Positions 25,971 to 33,529 of a stretch of DNA of 60,677 bases are shown here, piece by piece. Every line of letters starts with the position of its first letter. Positions within the stretch are counted from its first letter, which is position 1. The position numbers and the translations under genes are program-made. The notes below the pieces were generated by a model that was given only the letters and a program-made list of their open reading frames with translations, made no database searches and had not been told where the DNA came from. The stretch is from Methanobacteriota archaeon (GTDB taxonomy: Archaea > Thermoplasmatota > Poseidoniia > Poseidoniales > Poseidoniaceae), in contig JABIWF010000080.1 in the NCBI GenBank assembly GCA_018701175.1, positions 1 through 60,677 of the forward strand, read 5' to 3'.

Positions 25971-27455
25971 ATGGGTAGAGAACGTATGAAGTTGTCAGAC
26001 CGCGTCTTTGAAGCGGTCGAAAGTGGTCTTCTTCAAGCAATGGAAAGAGGAACAGTGGCTTGGCCACTTCCACAACCGCCAGTGACCGACCCCGACTTCC
26101 CGCCAATCGAACCTCGTTCACCAGCCAAGATTACCGAGCAAGCCCTCGGAATATTGCAAATGGACAGAGCAATGTTTGAGGCGAATCTCAACACCGTTGT
26201 CGACCTTATCGTACCTCACCGAATGAATCTCAGCGATGACCCGTTTGAAGTGCATCAAAAGTGGCTTCATCGCCGTGTTGACAAAGTCGCTGAACGCCTT
26301 TTGTTTACGGTCGCCACCGATTGGCTTTCTCAGGCATTCGACCACACAGCGCCCAATACAGATCGCTGGTGGTTGGCAATTGCGCTCATCAACGGTTTGT
26401 CTACCGTTCCGCATGGCCAACCGGTTCACCAAGGGTATCACTTGATTGAATCCATTGCACTCGCTGAGCGCCCAGGCACCTGGCACACTCAACCAGACAT
26501 TGGACCGCATCAACTTGAATGGAATCCTCACGCAGTGATACCTCGTAACACTGGAGTTGTTGCTCACGATGCTGGAGTCGAGGCTGCAAAATGGCTCATG
26601 GAGAAACTTGAGAACGGTTCGGTTGAACGTCGCCTTCTGCTTATGGAATGGGTTCGGTTACTCCTTCAACGCCCGAACCTTGTCGAGCCATTGGACCTCA
26701 CTGCTTTGCTTCTACGCCGAGCATCAGATACTGAATCCGAGGTTGCGGCACGCGTCACATTGTGTCTTGCCAAAGCGATTGAATTCAACCGAGATACTGG
26801 CCTTGAACTTGCTCAACGCCTCCACCAGCGCAAGGAAAAATTACTTCGAAGAGGAATGGCAGATGTTCTCACACGGATGTTCCGCCGACTCGAATGGGAT
26901 GCAGTTCCATTTCTCAATGACATGTTGAAAGATGAAGATGAAGGAGTTTTAGCAGCCGCAAGTGCAACTGTTGGCGACCTCCGTTTCCTCGATTCTGAAC
27001 TTTGGGCCGATACAATGGCTGAACTCGCAGTCAATCCGTTGCCAATTGTACGGCGAAACTTGGTTCCGTTTTTACGTGATTACATTGAACAATACCCCGA
27101 AGACGAACGTCGTCTTCTCCCACTCTTGTGGCAAGATGGCGATGAAGTTGTTCGAACTCGAATGCGTGAATTATTGATGCGGATGGAAGAAGTTTCACCG
27201 GACCACTTTGCAGCACGGCTCAATGATTTCCGTGAACAAGGATGTGAATTGGAAGCACTTTGGGAGCCACTTACACGCCGCAGACCAGAACGCAGTAGCC
27301 TTTGGCAAGCATGGTTTGCTGGTGAGGGCGATCAACCGACTTCCCCACCACCTACGCCAGCGCCACTCAGCGATATGGATGATTCAGGTGAACGACCTTC
27401 CCTCGAAGATGCATACGAACTTCTTGATCAAGAACTTGGTTTTATCGACGATTAG
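25971..27455 (+). CDS. HEAT/armadillo-like repeat protein with acidic C-terminus
   Basis: Helical repeats with HEAT-like signatures (LKDEDEGVLAAASATVGDL, WQDGDEVVRTRMRELL). ATG 25971 is preceded by GAGGT, 30 nt after the tfb stop. Confidence 0.6.
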   Translation: MGRERMKLSDRVFEAVESGLLQAMERGTVAWPLPQPPVTDPDFPPIEPRSPAKITEQALGILQMDRAMFEANLNTVVDLIVPHRMNLSDDPFEVHQKWLHRRVDKVAERLLFTVATDWLSQAFDHTAPNTDRWWLAIALINGLSTVPHGQPVHQGYHLIESIALAERPGTWHTQPDIGPHQLEWNPHAVIPRNTGVVAHDAGVEAAKWLMEKLENGSVERRLLLMEWVRLLLQRPNLVEPLDLTALLLRRASDTESEVAARVTLCLAKAIEFNRDTGLELAQRLHQRKEKLLRRGMADVLTRMFRRLEWDAVPFLNDMLKDEDEGVLAAASATVGDLRFLDSELWADTMAELAVNPLPIVRRNLVPFLRDYIEQYPEDERRLLPLLWQDGDEVVRTRMRELLMRMEEVSPDHFAARLNDFREQGCELEALWEPLTRRRPERSSLWQAWFAGEGDQPTSPPPTPAPLSDMDDSGERPSLEDAYELLDQELGFIDD

Positions 27456-27456
27456 A

Positions 27457-27879
27457 TTATTCTTCTTCGTCAGGTTTAGCGAGTGGTCCGACCGTTATCA
27501 GCCCAACGTAAATCGCGTTGAGCGTTACCATACTGCCCGCTAAGGTGAGTATCATGCCCGTTGGTTCAGGCGTATATGCATCGCTTCCAGTCCAAACAAG
27601 AACCTTGACCGACACCATCATTGAAAGGCCGACTAAGAGAACATTCTGCCATGTTTCACTGGGGTTCTTCCACAGATTAACAGTCGGTGCAATACCCTTT
27701 TTGTCGAAAGCCCATCGAAACCAACTCAAATAGATCAGAAGAAGTCCGACAAGGCCAACGATGCCTCGTGAAAAAGAGCGTGAGTTCCAAGGACCTTCAG
27801 GAGTGATGTCCACAAAGGATTGAGCAACAAGAATGATTCCTGCGATGGCGAACCATCGCCACTCAACAGTTCTGCCCAT
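27457..27879 (-). CDS. Small multi-TM membrane protein
   Basis: The track ORF extends to 28011, but that would overlap the divergent nucleotidyltransferase gene. ATG 27879 (MGRTVEWRWFAIAGIILV) gives about 140 aa with 4 hydrophobic helices. Ends in ...KPDEEE. Confidence 0.55.
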   Translation of the reverse strand: MGRTVEWRWFAIAGIILVAQSFVDITPEGPWNSRSFSRGIVGLVGLLLIYLSWFRWAFDKKGIAPTVNLWKNPSETWQNVLLVGLSMMVSVKVLVWTGSDAYTPEPTGMILTLAGSMVTLNAIYVGLITVGPLAKPDEEE

Positions 27880-27931
27880 GGGCGACCGTAGGAGGGCTAC
27901 GCTTGAAAGCCTACGCCACACAGCAGCCATC

Positions 27932-28798
27932 ATGACGGCAGTTCGGGATGCATTGCTTGTTGCCGGTGGATTGGGAACGCGAATGCTGCCAACGAGCGCA
28001 TCTGTACCCAAAGAAGCACTCCCCTTAGTCGATGTTCCCGCCCTCGTTCACTTGGCCCGAGAAGCCGTTACCGCAGGTGTTGAACGGTTGCACATTATTT
28101 CCTCTCCTAGCAAAGACATGAACGCTCTACTTGGTGACCATGCGTGGCTTCTGGACCGCCGACCAGATCTCGACCCGCAGCTTCTTTCACCGTTTACGGA
28201 TGTCGAAGTTCACGTTCATATCCAGCACGAACCACTTGGCCTTGGAAATGCAATCGAGTGCGCCCTTGCTTCAATTGACGGTCCATTTTTGGTCCTCCTT
28301 GGAGATAATATTCTGTTGGATCAACACACGCCACCTCATGCTTTCACCCCCTCAAATGCAAGTCTGCAACTGGTCGAACACTTCCAATCCAATGGTTTGC
28401 CCTGCGTAGGTCTTCTTCCAGTTTCTCTCTCTGAGGTTTCCAACTACGGGGTGGTACGTCTCGATGGCCAACGGATATTGGAAATATGTGAGAAGCCCAA
28501 TCCTGAAGATGCCCCTTCGAATCTGGTGATATGTGGTCGTTATCTGTTCACTTCTGATGCTAAATCACTGCTGGAAAAATACGATGTCCAAACTCACGGG
28601 GAACTCCAGTCCATCGCTCTCCAACAGCATTGGATGAGCCATGATGGTTTGTTGGGTGTTGAATTAAGCGGCTACCAATGGTACGATTCTGGAAAACCCC
28701 TTCCTTGGCTACAAGCTCAGGTGGATCATGCATTGCGAAGGAGCGACCTGAGTGAAGAATTCCGTTCTTGGCTCACGGCTCGACTTGATGAAAACTAA
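27932..28798 (+). CDS. UTP--glucose-1-phosphate uridylyltransferase-like sugar nucleotidyltransferase
   Basis: The track ORF starts at 27833; the likely start is ATG 27932 (MTAVRDALLVAGGLGTRMLPTSASVPKEALPLVD), the G-rich NTP-binding loop typical of GalU-type enzymes. Also LVLLGDNI. Confidence 0.75.
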   Translation: MTAVRDALLVAGGLGTRMLPTSASVPKEALPLVDVPALVHLAREAVTAGVERLHIISSPSKDMNALLGDHAWLLDRRPDLDPQLLSPFTDVEVHVHIQHEPLGLGNAIECALASIDGPFLVLLGDNILLDQHTPPHAFTPSNASLQLVEHFQSNGLPCVGLLPVSLSEVSNYGVVRLDGQRILEICEKPNPEDAPSNLVICGRYLFTSDAKSLLEKYDVQTHGELQSIALQQHWMSHDGLLGVELSGYQWYDSGKPLPWLQAQVDHALRRSDLSEEFRSWLTARLDEN

Positions 28799-29340
28799 CG
28801 CTGCCCAGGCTTCCAGAAGGTTAGCGGGACCGGCAACTCACCCTGCGCTTTTCGAAGTGCGAGATGGTCTGCGCGTTCATTCCATCGATGTCCTCGATGC
28901 GCTTTTACGTGCTCCCACGAGAGTGTTCGCACAGCGGCTACTGCGTCCCAAAGCGATTGAACATGTGCGACAAGTTCACGGTTTGCCTTTGCTTTCCATG
29001 CTCCGCATGCCAGATTACCGGCATATTGGGAGTCTGCACGGACGACAGCTGGTAAATCGCCGCCTTCGATGAGAAGCCATCGGAGTGCCGCTGCGAAGCC
29101 AGAAAGCTCTGCAGTATTGTTCGAACCGACCTCAGCACCGATGAAATCAGTCTGTGATGGGTCGGTTATCACCGCATCAGCAAATTCTTCATGCAATTCG
29201 CCACTTCCACGGCCTAGCCCATTATCGCCAGTTACTATAACGACTGCCCAAGCAGCAGGAGTTGATGCATCGACGTTTTGGTTGCCTAAGCAAGAGCCGT
29301 CAACATAGAGGCTCCAGCGTTCACTGCTCACACTTTTCAC
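28795..29340 (-). CDS. rnhA: Ribonuclease HI (type 1 RNase H)
   Basis: DEDD catalytic set: LYVDGSC, NNTAELSG, VRADSQY, WNERADHLA. GTG start overlaps the gcvH stop (GTGA). Its stop overlaps the convergent stop at 28796-28798. Confidence 0.85.
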   Translation of the reverse strand: MKSVSSERWSLYVDGSCLGNQNVDASTPAAWAVVIVTGDNGLGRGSGELHEEFADAVITDPSQTDFIGAEVGSNNTAELSGFAAALRWLLIEGGDLPAVVRADSQYAGNLACGAWKAKANRELVAHVQSLWDAVAAVRTLSWEHVKAHRGHRWNERADHLALRKAQGELPVPLTFWKPGQR

Positions 29341-29720
29341 TCGCCGATTTCTGACTTGTAGTCGGCAGCGCTCATGAGAGATTCAACGGCACTTGGGTTT
29401 TCCAACTTCATCTTCACAATCCAACCTTCGCCGTAGGGGTCGGTATTCATGAGTTCAGGAGTGTCTTCGAGTGCTTCGTTCACTGCAGTGATTTCACCTG
29501 CAAGCGGTGCGAAAATAGGAGATGCGGACTTAACAGACTCGACGATGGCGAACTCGTCCATATCGGCAAGAGTTTCACCTTCGCCTGGCAGTTCAATGTA
29601 GACAATATCAGTGAGAGCATCTTGGGCATGGTCGGTTATTCCGATCACCACTTCGTCGCCTTCGACGCGTATCCATTCGTGCTCTTTTGTGTAGTATTGA
29701 CCTTCGGGAATATCGCTCAT
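29337..29720 (-). CDS. gcvH: Glycine cleavage system H protein (lipoyl carrier)
   Basis: YYTKEHEWIRVEGDEVVIGITDHAQDALTDIVYIELP, lipoyl-Lys motif ESVKSAS, and DPYGEGWIVKM. The likely start is ATG 29720 (MSDIPEG, 127 aa) rather than the track start 29840. Confidence 0.9.
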   Translation of the reverse strand: MSDIPEGQYYTKEHEWIRVEGDEVVIGITDHAQDALTDIVYIELPGEGETLADMDEFAIVESVKSASPIFAPLAGEITAVNEALEDTPELMNTDPYGEGWIVKMKLENPSAVESLMSAADYKSEIGE

Positions 29721-29926
29721 GTTTACGTCTCCATGACAATCCAACCATCGGTATTTGATGAACTCACCGATGTAAATCAGTGTCCTTTCATCCGATTCCT
29801 GCGGGTATGCCTCGCAAGTAAATGTATGAAAAACGCTCAATTAGCCAATGAAACCGTCGCGGTTCTTATTAGCAGAACAAGTTCGCTCCAAAACGAAGTC
29901 AAACGGCTTCAAGGGATGGGACCCTC

Positions 29927-30283
29927 ATGAGCAGAGCATTTAGAGAAGGCGTAGCAAAGAACAAGCGAGTACGAGCACCAGTTCGAAGAAGGAATTGGAG
30001 TCCAGTACGTGACCTTCAAGGTCTCAAAGCCCGTACTCAAGCCACAGGCTCTCAGATGGGCCCTCTTGTTGAAATCCCTGCTATGGTCCGAATCGAAAAT
30101 GAACACTGGGTCTTCGAACGTATTGAAGAAGGTACACTGTACAACATTACTCACAAACTCATACTCCACGAAGGAGAACAAGTCAAAGTAATCGGTGGAA
30201 CAACGGACATGCATACAGCCATGAAAGTTGCACAGTGTATGGCGCAGAAGGAAAACCGAATCGTGATGATTCAACCTGTTTGA
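29927..30283 (+). CDS. Hypothetical protein with basic N-terminus
   Basis: 118-aa ORF, MSRAFREGVAKNKRVRAPVRRRNW... No recognisable family. Competing antisense ORFs look like shadows. Confidence 0.5.
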   Translation: MSRAFREGVAKNKRVRAPVRRRNWSPVRDLQGLKARTQATGSQMGPLVEIPAMVRIENEHWVFERIEEGTLYNITHKLILHEGEQVKVIGGTTDMHTAMKVAQCMAQKENRIVMIQPV

Positions 30284-30285
30284 AT

Positions 30286-30477
30286 TCAGAACAGGCCCAT
30301 GAACCATTGAACAACGCCTTGATTGACAAGGTAAAAGAATGTCCCAATTCCGATGCACGCGGCGTAAACCTGGAATGGAGTAATCTTCCAAGCGTCTTCC
30401 GATTCTTCGTCGAAATATCGAATAAGACCTGCAGCCTGTTGAATACCGCTACCGTCGGATTTCTTCTTAGAAGCCAT
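30286..30477 (-). CDS. secG: Preprotein translocase subunit Sec61-beta (archaeal SecG)
   Basis: MASKKKSDGSGIQQAAGLIRYFDEE... followed by a single C-terminal TM. The AGLIRYxDE motif is characteristic of Sec61-beta. Confidence 0.85.
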   Translation of the reverse strand: MASKKKSDGSGIQQAAGLIRYFDEESEDAWKITPFQVYAACIGIGTFFYLVNQGVVQWFMGLF

Positions 30478-30533
30478 GTGAACCAATCTCTGCGAGTTGC
30501 CACCCCTTTATCAACGCGACGCGGCCAAGAAAG

Positions 30534-31394
30534 TCATTCTTCTTCGCCATTTACAGTTAAATCGACAAAAGCAATCTCTTCTTCAGTATCGTTGTAGGTG
30601 AGCACATGTCCTTGCGGTACTTCGTCTTCAAATCTGGCGGATGTACCGTCATCGTTCGCAGGGTCAGCCTCGATGAAATACGCTTCTGCCCTCGCCAACG
30701 CTCTTTCAAACGCAGGCGCATTACCGTCGGCGAGAGCTCCGCGGGCTATATCTAAATCATAATGAGCGGAATCGAGTGAGAGCATTGCTTGTTCGTTTCC
30801 GTTTCCATCGCGGGCTTGACGAAGTCGTTTTTCGACTGCCATACCCTGTTCTTCCAGTGCAAATAACTGTTCATCAAACACAGCCCGTGCCAACTCCAAA
30901 CCTTTCTTCCAAGCCATTTCATTTGACTTGAGAGTGACTTCCCCGATTTGCTTTGAAAGGAAACGTGTTGCTGCTGTTGAATGGGAAAACTCCCATGGAC
31001 GATGTGAAAGAGATGCCGATAGATCGTACATTAAGCGGGCATACGATGCCGGCGAACCCTCCAATTCAATCCGATTGAGGTATCCTGAATTGAATAGTCC
31101 AAATCCCCAGTATGAACGCGAGGAAACCGCTACCCGCAATTCTCCACTTTGTGTCAAGAAGGACCACCGTTGCTCGTTGAATTTTGGTGGCTCTGAGAAG
31201 AATGGCGTTTCTGGATGTTCCAAATGCGCAAGAACATGCGTCGCCACATCGCCAAGATATACGATTTTACTCGGCAAAGTGAATGATTTTGGGCGGAGAA
31301 AGCCGGTGTCTAATTCCACCCTATGATTTGCTTTTGCCTTTCCAACCTGGGCATAGACAACAATTGTATTGCCAACAGTGTCGTGTTTGCCCAT
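30534..31394 (-). CDS. Hypothetical protein (286 aa)
   Basis: Long ORF with coding-like composition and a helical C-terminal half. Ends in ...VNGEEE. No recognisable motif. Confidence 0.6.
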   Translation of the reverse strand: MGKHDTVGNTIVVYAQVGKAKANHRVELDTGFLRPKSFTLPSKIVYLGDVATHVLAHLEHPETPFFSEPPKFNEQRWSFLTQSGELRVAVSSRSYWGFGLFNSGYLNRIELEGSPASYARLMYDLSASLSHRPWEFSHSTAATRFLSKQIGEVTLKSNEMAWKKGLELARAVFDEQLFALEEQGMAVEKRLRQARDGNGNEQAMLSLDSAHYDLDIARGALADGNAPAFERALARAEAYFIEADPANDDGTSARFEDEVPQGHVLTYNDTEEEIAFVDLTVNGEEE

Positions 31395-31497
31395 GGTCCT
31401 CGCACTCGTTCACGCACCATCAATCCAACGCATTGTTGCAAGTGTAGCGGGAGAAGTATTGATGAATCGCGCCCCGCATGGAGGGGTAGGTGAGCCC

Positions 31498-32052
31498 ATG
31501 ACTGGAAAGGGAGATTCGAAGATTGAGACATTAACTGCATTACCAGGAATTGGCGCTGCAACAGCGAAGAAGTTGGTATCTGCGAAGATAGACACCGTCT
31601 CGAAAGTGGCATCTGCAAGCTCCAAAAAACTCCAAGAAGCAGGCCTCAGTGCTGCGGTTGCGAGCAAAATAAGTGCTGCTGCTAAAGCCGCAGATAAAGC
31701 CTCAAGTGCTGCAAAGAAGGCAACGACGAAAGCGAAGTCTGCAGCCAAATCGGGTGCCAAGAAATCCGCATCTGCAGCCAAATCTGCAGCCACAAAATCA
31801 AAGTCGGCGGCAAAGAAGGCAACGAAGAAAGCGAAGTCTGCAGCGAAGACGACCGCTAAGAAATCCTCATCTGCGGCAAAATCTGCAGCGGAAAAGACAT
31901 CATCTACAGCGAAGAAGGTAGCCGATAAGGTAACAGGTAAGTCTTCTGAAAGCCAGACCGTAGAATCAGCGAAATCTTCCGATGGTCGGAAAGGTGGCAC
32001 GCTCCGTATTCCACGCAGCGTCAAAGACATGCCATGGTTCAAAAAAAAGTGA
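31498..32052 (+). CDS. (HhH)2 DNA-binding protein with Lys/Ala/Ser-rich histone-H1-like tail
   Basis: The likely start is ATG 31498, preceded by GGAGGGGTAGGTGA. HhH motifs LTALPGIGAATAKKLV and KKLQEAGLSAAVASKI. Then about 110 aa of AKKATTKAKSAAKSGAKKSASAAKSAA-type low complexity, ending RIPRSVKDMPWFKKK. Confidence 0.7.
   Translation: MTGKGDSKIETLTALPGIGAATAKKLVSAKIDTVSKVASASSKKLQEAGLSAAVASKISAAAKAADKASSAAKKATTKAKSAAKSGAKKSASAAKSAATKSKSAAKKATKKAKSAAKTTAKKSSSAAKSAAEKTSSTAKKVADKVTGKSSESQTVESAKSSDGRKGGTLRIPRSVKDMPWFKKK
31711..31908 (+). repeat. Intragenic 2 x 99-nt duplication inside the Lys/Ala/Ser-rich tail
   Basis: gcaaagaaggcaacga(c/a)gaaagcgaagtctgcagc occurs at 31711 and 31810. It encodes AKKAT(T/K)KAKSAAK...AKKS(A/S)SAAKSAA twice. 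Confidence 0.8.
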
Positions 32053-32105
32053 ATACGCTTCACTCAAGGGTTAGTATTGAAAACCGTCACTGAACACACC
32101 GTCTC

Positions 32106-32288
32106 ATGCCTCGGCGTAAGTACGGTCGTTTACGTAAAACCGTCGAAATGCCGTCAAAAGAAAATTGTTCACGCTGCCGTTCGGGCAAATATTGCCCTAT
32201 TGAAGGGCACAGCGGTCAGGCAATCACGCCGCATCGAACATGGGCTGGGCCTCCGACGGTCAAGAAACGCAAACAGAAGCGTAAGTAA
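32106..32288 (+). CDS. Possible very basic 60-aa Cys/His protein
   Basis: MPRRKYGRLRKTVEMPSKENCSRCRSGKYCPIEGHSGQAITPHRTWAGPPTVKKRKQKRK. It fills the only gap between the H1-like gene and xerA. CxxC-x4-C-x4-H spacing. No family recognised, so it could be non-coding. Confidence 0.3.
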   Translation: MPRRKYGRLRKTVEMPSKENCSRCRSGKYCPIEGHSGQAITPHRTWAGPPTVKKRKQKRK

Positions 32289-33470
32289 TCATTCAATGCC
32301 AACCGAACTTGTCGAAGGGGTCGTTTCAACCAATTCTTCTTCATCGTTCTCGGTTGCAGCAGCAGCAGCCTCAAGAGTTTGTCGGGTTGCTTGCGCTCTG
32401 TGATAGACTTCACGAAGGGTTTGGTCCGAGATTTCCAAATAAACTCGAGTTGTTGCGATACTTGAATGACCGAGAAGCCGTTGAATTGTTACCAGATCAG
32501 CGCCACGTTCCAACAGACCCGTAGCAAAATTGTGCCGAAGTACGTGCGGGGTGAGTTTTCCCTTCGGCAAGTTTGCCTGAGCAGCGAGTTTGTCCATGAG
32601 GCGCTGAACTCCACGTGGCTGAAGCCGGCGTCCTGCAGAATTGAGTAAGAATGCAAAATCTTCGTTTCGTACTCTTGCCTCTCGGATTGGTATCCAAGCG
32701 TGTATGCGTTCAAGTGTTCTTCGAGTGAAGAGTACCAGGCGGTCCTTGTCTCCTTTGCCGCCGTATACGCGAGCCGAGCCGTCCTCAAGGTCGATATCAT
32801 TCATGTCAAGGTTGCATACTTCACTAACCCGTAAGCCAGTATCGAGCATCATAGTGACCAGTATGGAAGCAACAGGGTCTTCGCTTACCGATGCCGCTTC
32901 CAAGACCATGGTCATTTCTCGACGATTGAGTGTTCGAGGCAAGCGCTTTCCTGCTCTCGCCCGAACCAAATGATCCGGCCAACGGTGTCCAAGCCATTTG
33001 AGGAGGTGTCGTGCTGCGGCGAGGCGGGCATTGTATGTGGTTGGACGTAAGTCGGAAAGACCATGCGTCCATCGGTCTATTCGGCCGCTAAGAGGCTCCA
33101 TGCGTTCAGCCAACTCATAGACTGTAAGATTCTCATAATCGCTCTGGCTGAGGACATCTTCGTTTGGAAGCGTGGTTTCAATGAGTGCTCGTAAACCACT
33201 TGCGTACGATTTCTGAGTATTCTTCGACTTGTTTTCAGCCTTGAGCGTCTGCATATAGCACGAAAACCACGGTAAATCTTGCATGTGGATAAGACGAGGT
33301 GGAAGCGCAACTGCGACGTTATTCAGCCTCATTTGGCTGGGCCTCAATGCCTTGCGATTCCGCCCTTCTCCTTTTCTCGTATTCATTGGCGTTCCCCGCC
33401 TCTCGCTTGCCGCGAGTGTGCATCCCGTGCTCCGAAGAGCAGTATGCAAGAATGTGAACTCCCATATCAA
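32289..33470 (-). CDS. xerA: Tyrosine recombinase, XerA/XerC/XerD family
   Basis: Catalytic motifs TGLRVSEVCNL, HVLRHNFATGLLERGADLVTIQRLLGHSSIATTRVYLE (R..HxxR..Y). About 35-aa acidic C-terminal extension (ENDEEELVETTPSTSSVGIE). True start uncertain, with several internal Met. Confidence 0.85.
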   Translation of the reverse strand: MIWEFTFLHTALRSTGCTLAASERRGTPMNTRKGEGRNRKALRPSQMRLNNVAVALPPRLIHMQDLPWFSCYMQTLKAENKSKNTQKSYASGLRALIETTLPNEDVLSQSDYENLTVYELAERMEPLSGRIDRWTHGLSDLRPTTYNARLAAARHLLKWLGHRWPDHLVRARAGKRLPRTLNRREMTMVLEAASVSEDPVASILVTMMLDTGLRVSEVCNLDMNDIDLEDGSARVYGGKGDKDRLVLFTRRTLERIHAWIPIREARVRNEDFAFLLNSAGRRLQPRGVQRLMDKLAAQANLPKGKLTPHVLRHNFATGLLERGADLVTIQRLLGHSSIATTRVYLEISDQTLREVYHRAQATRQTLEAAAAATENDEEELVETTPSTSSVGIE

Positions 33471-33529
33471 ACCACCGCGCGATTTGAGGATTCAACCGAA
33501 CGGTATGAAGCACTCAGTCAATCGCCGAA

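Noticed and set aside
27380-27455. C-terminal ...LLDQELGFIDD of the HEAT protein as a PCNA-interacting (PIP) box
   Set aside because: The spacing does not fit Q-x-x-(L/I/M)-x-x-(F/Y)-(F/Y): position 4 is Gly and there is only one aromatic residue.
31410-32063. 217-aa minus-strand ORF antisense to the H1-like gene
   Set aside because: It is a low-complexity Ala/Asp/Phe mirror of the Lys/Ala/Ser tail. The plus frame has HhH motifs and a strong Shine-Dalgarno sequence; the antisense frame has neither.
32289-33470. Tyrosine recombinase as marker of an integrated mobile element or provirus
   Set aside because: It has no adjacent tRNA target, no flanking direct repeats that I could find, and no capsid/terminase/replication or transposase genes on either side. 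The neighbours are ordinary chromosomal genes. It is best read as the housekeeping XerA dimer-resolution recombinase.
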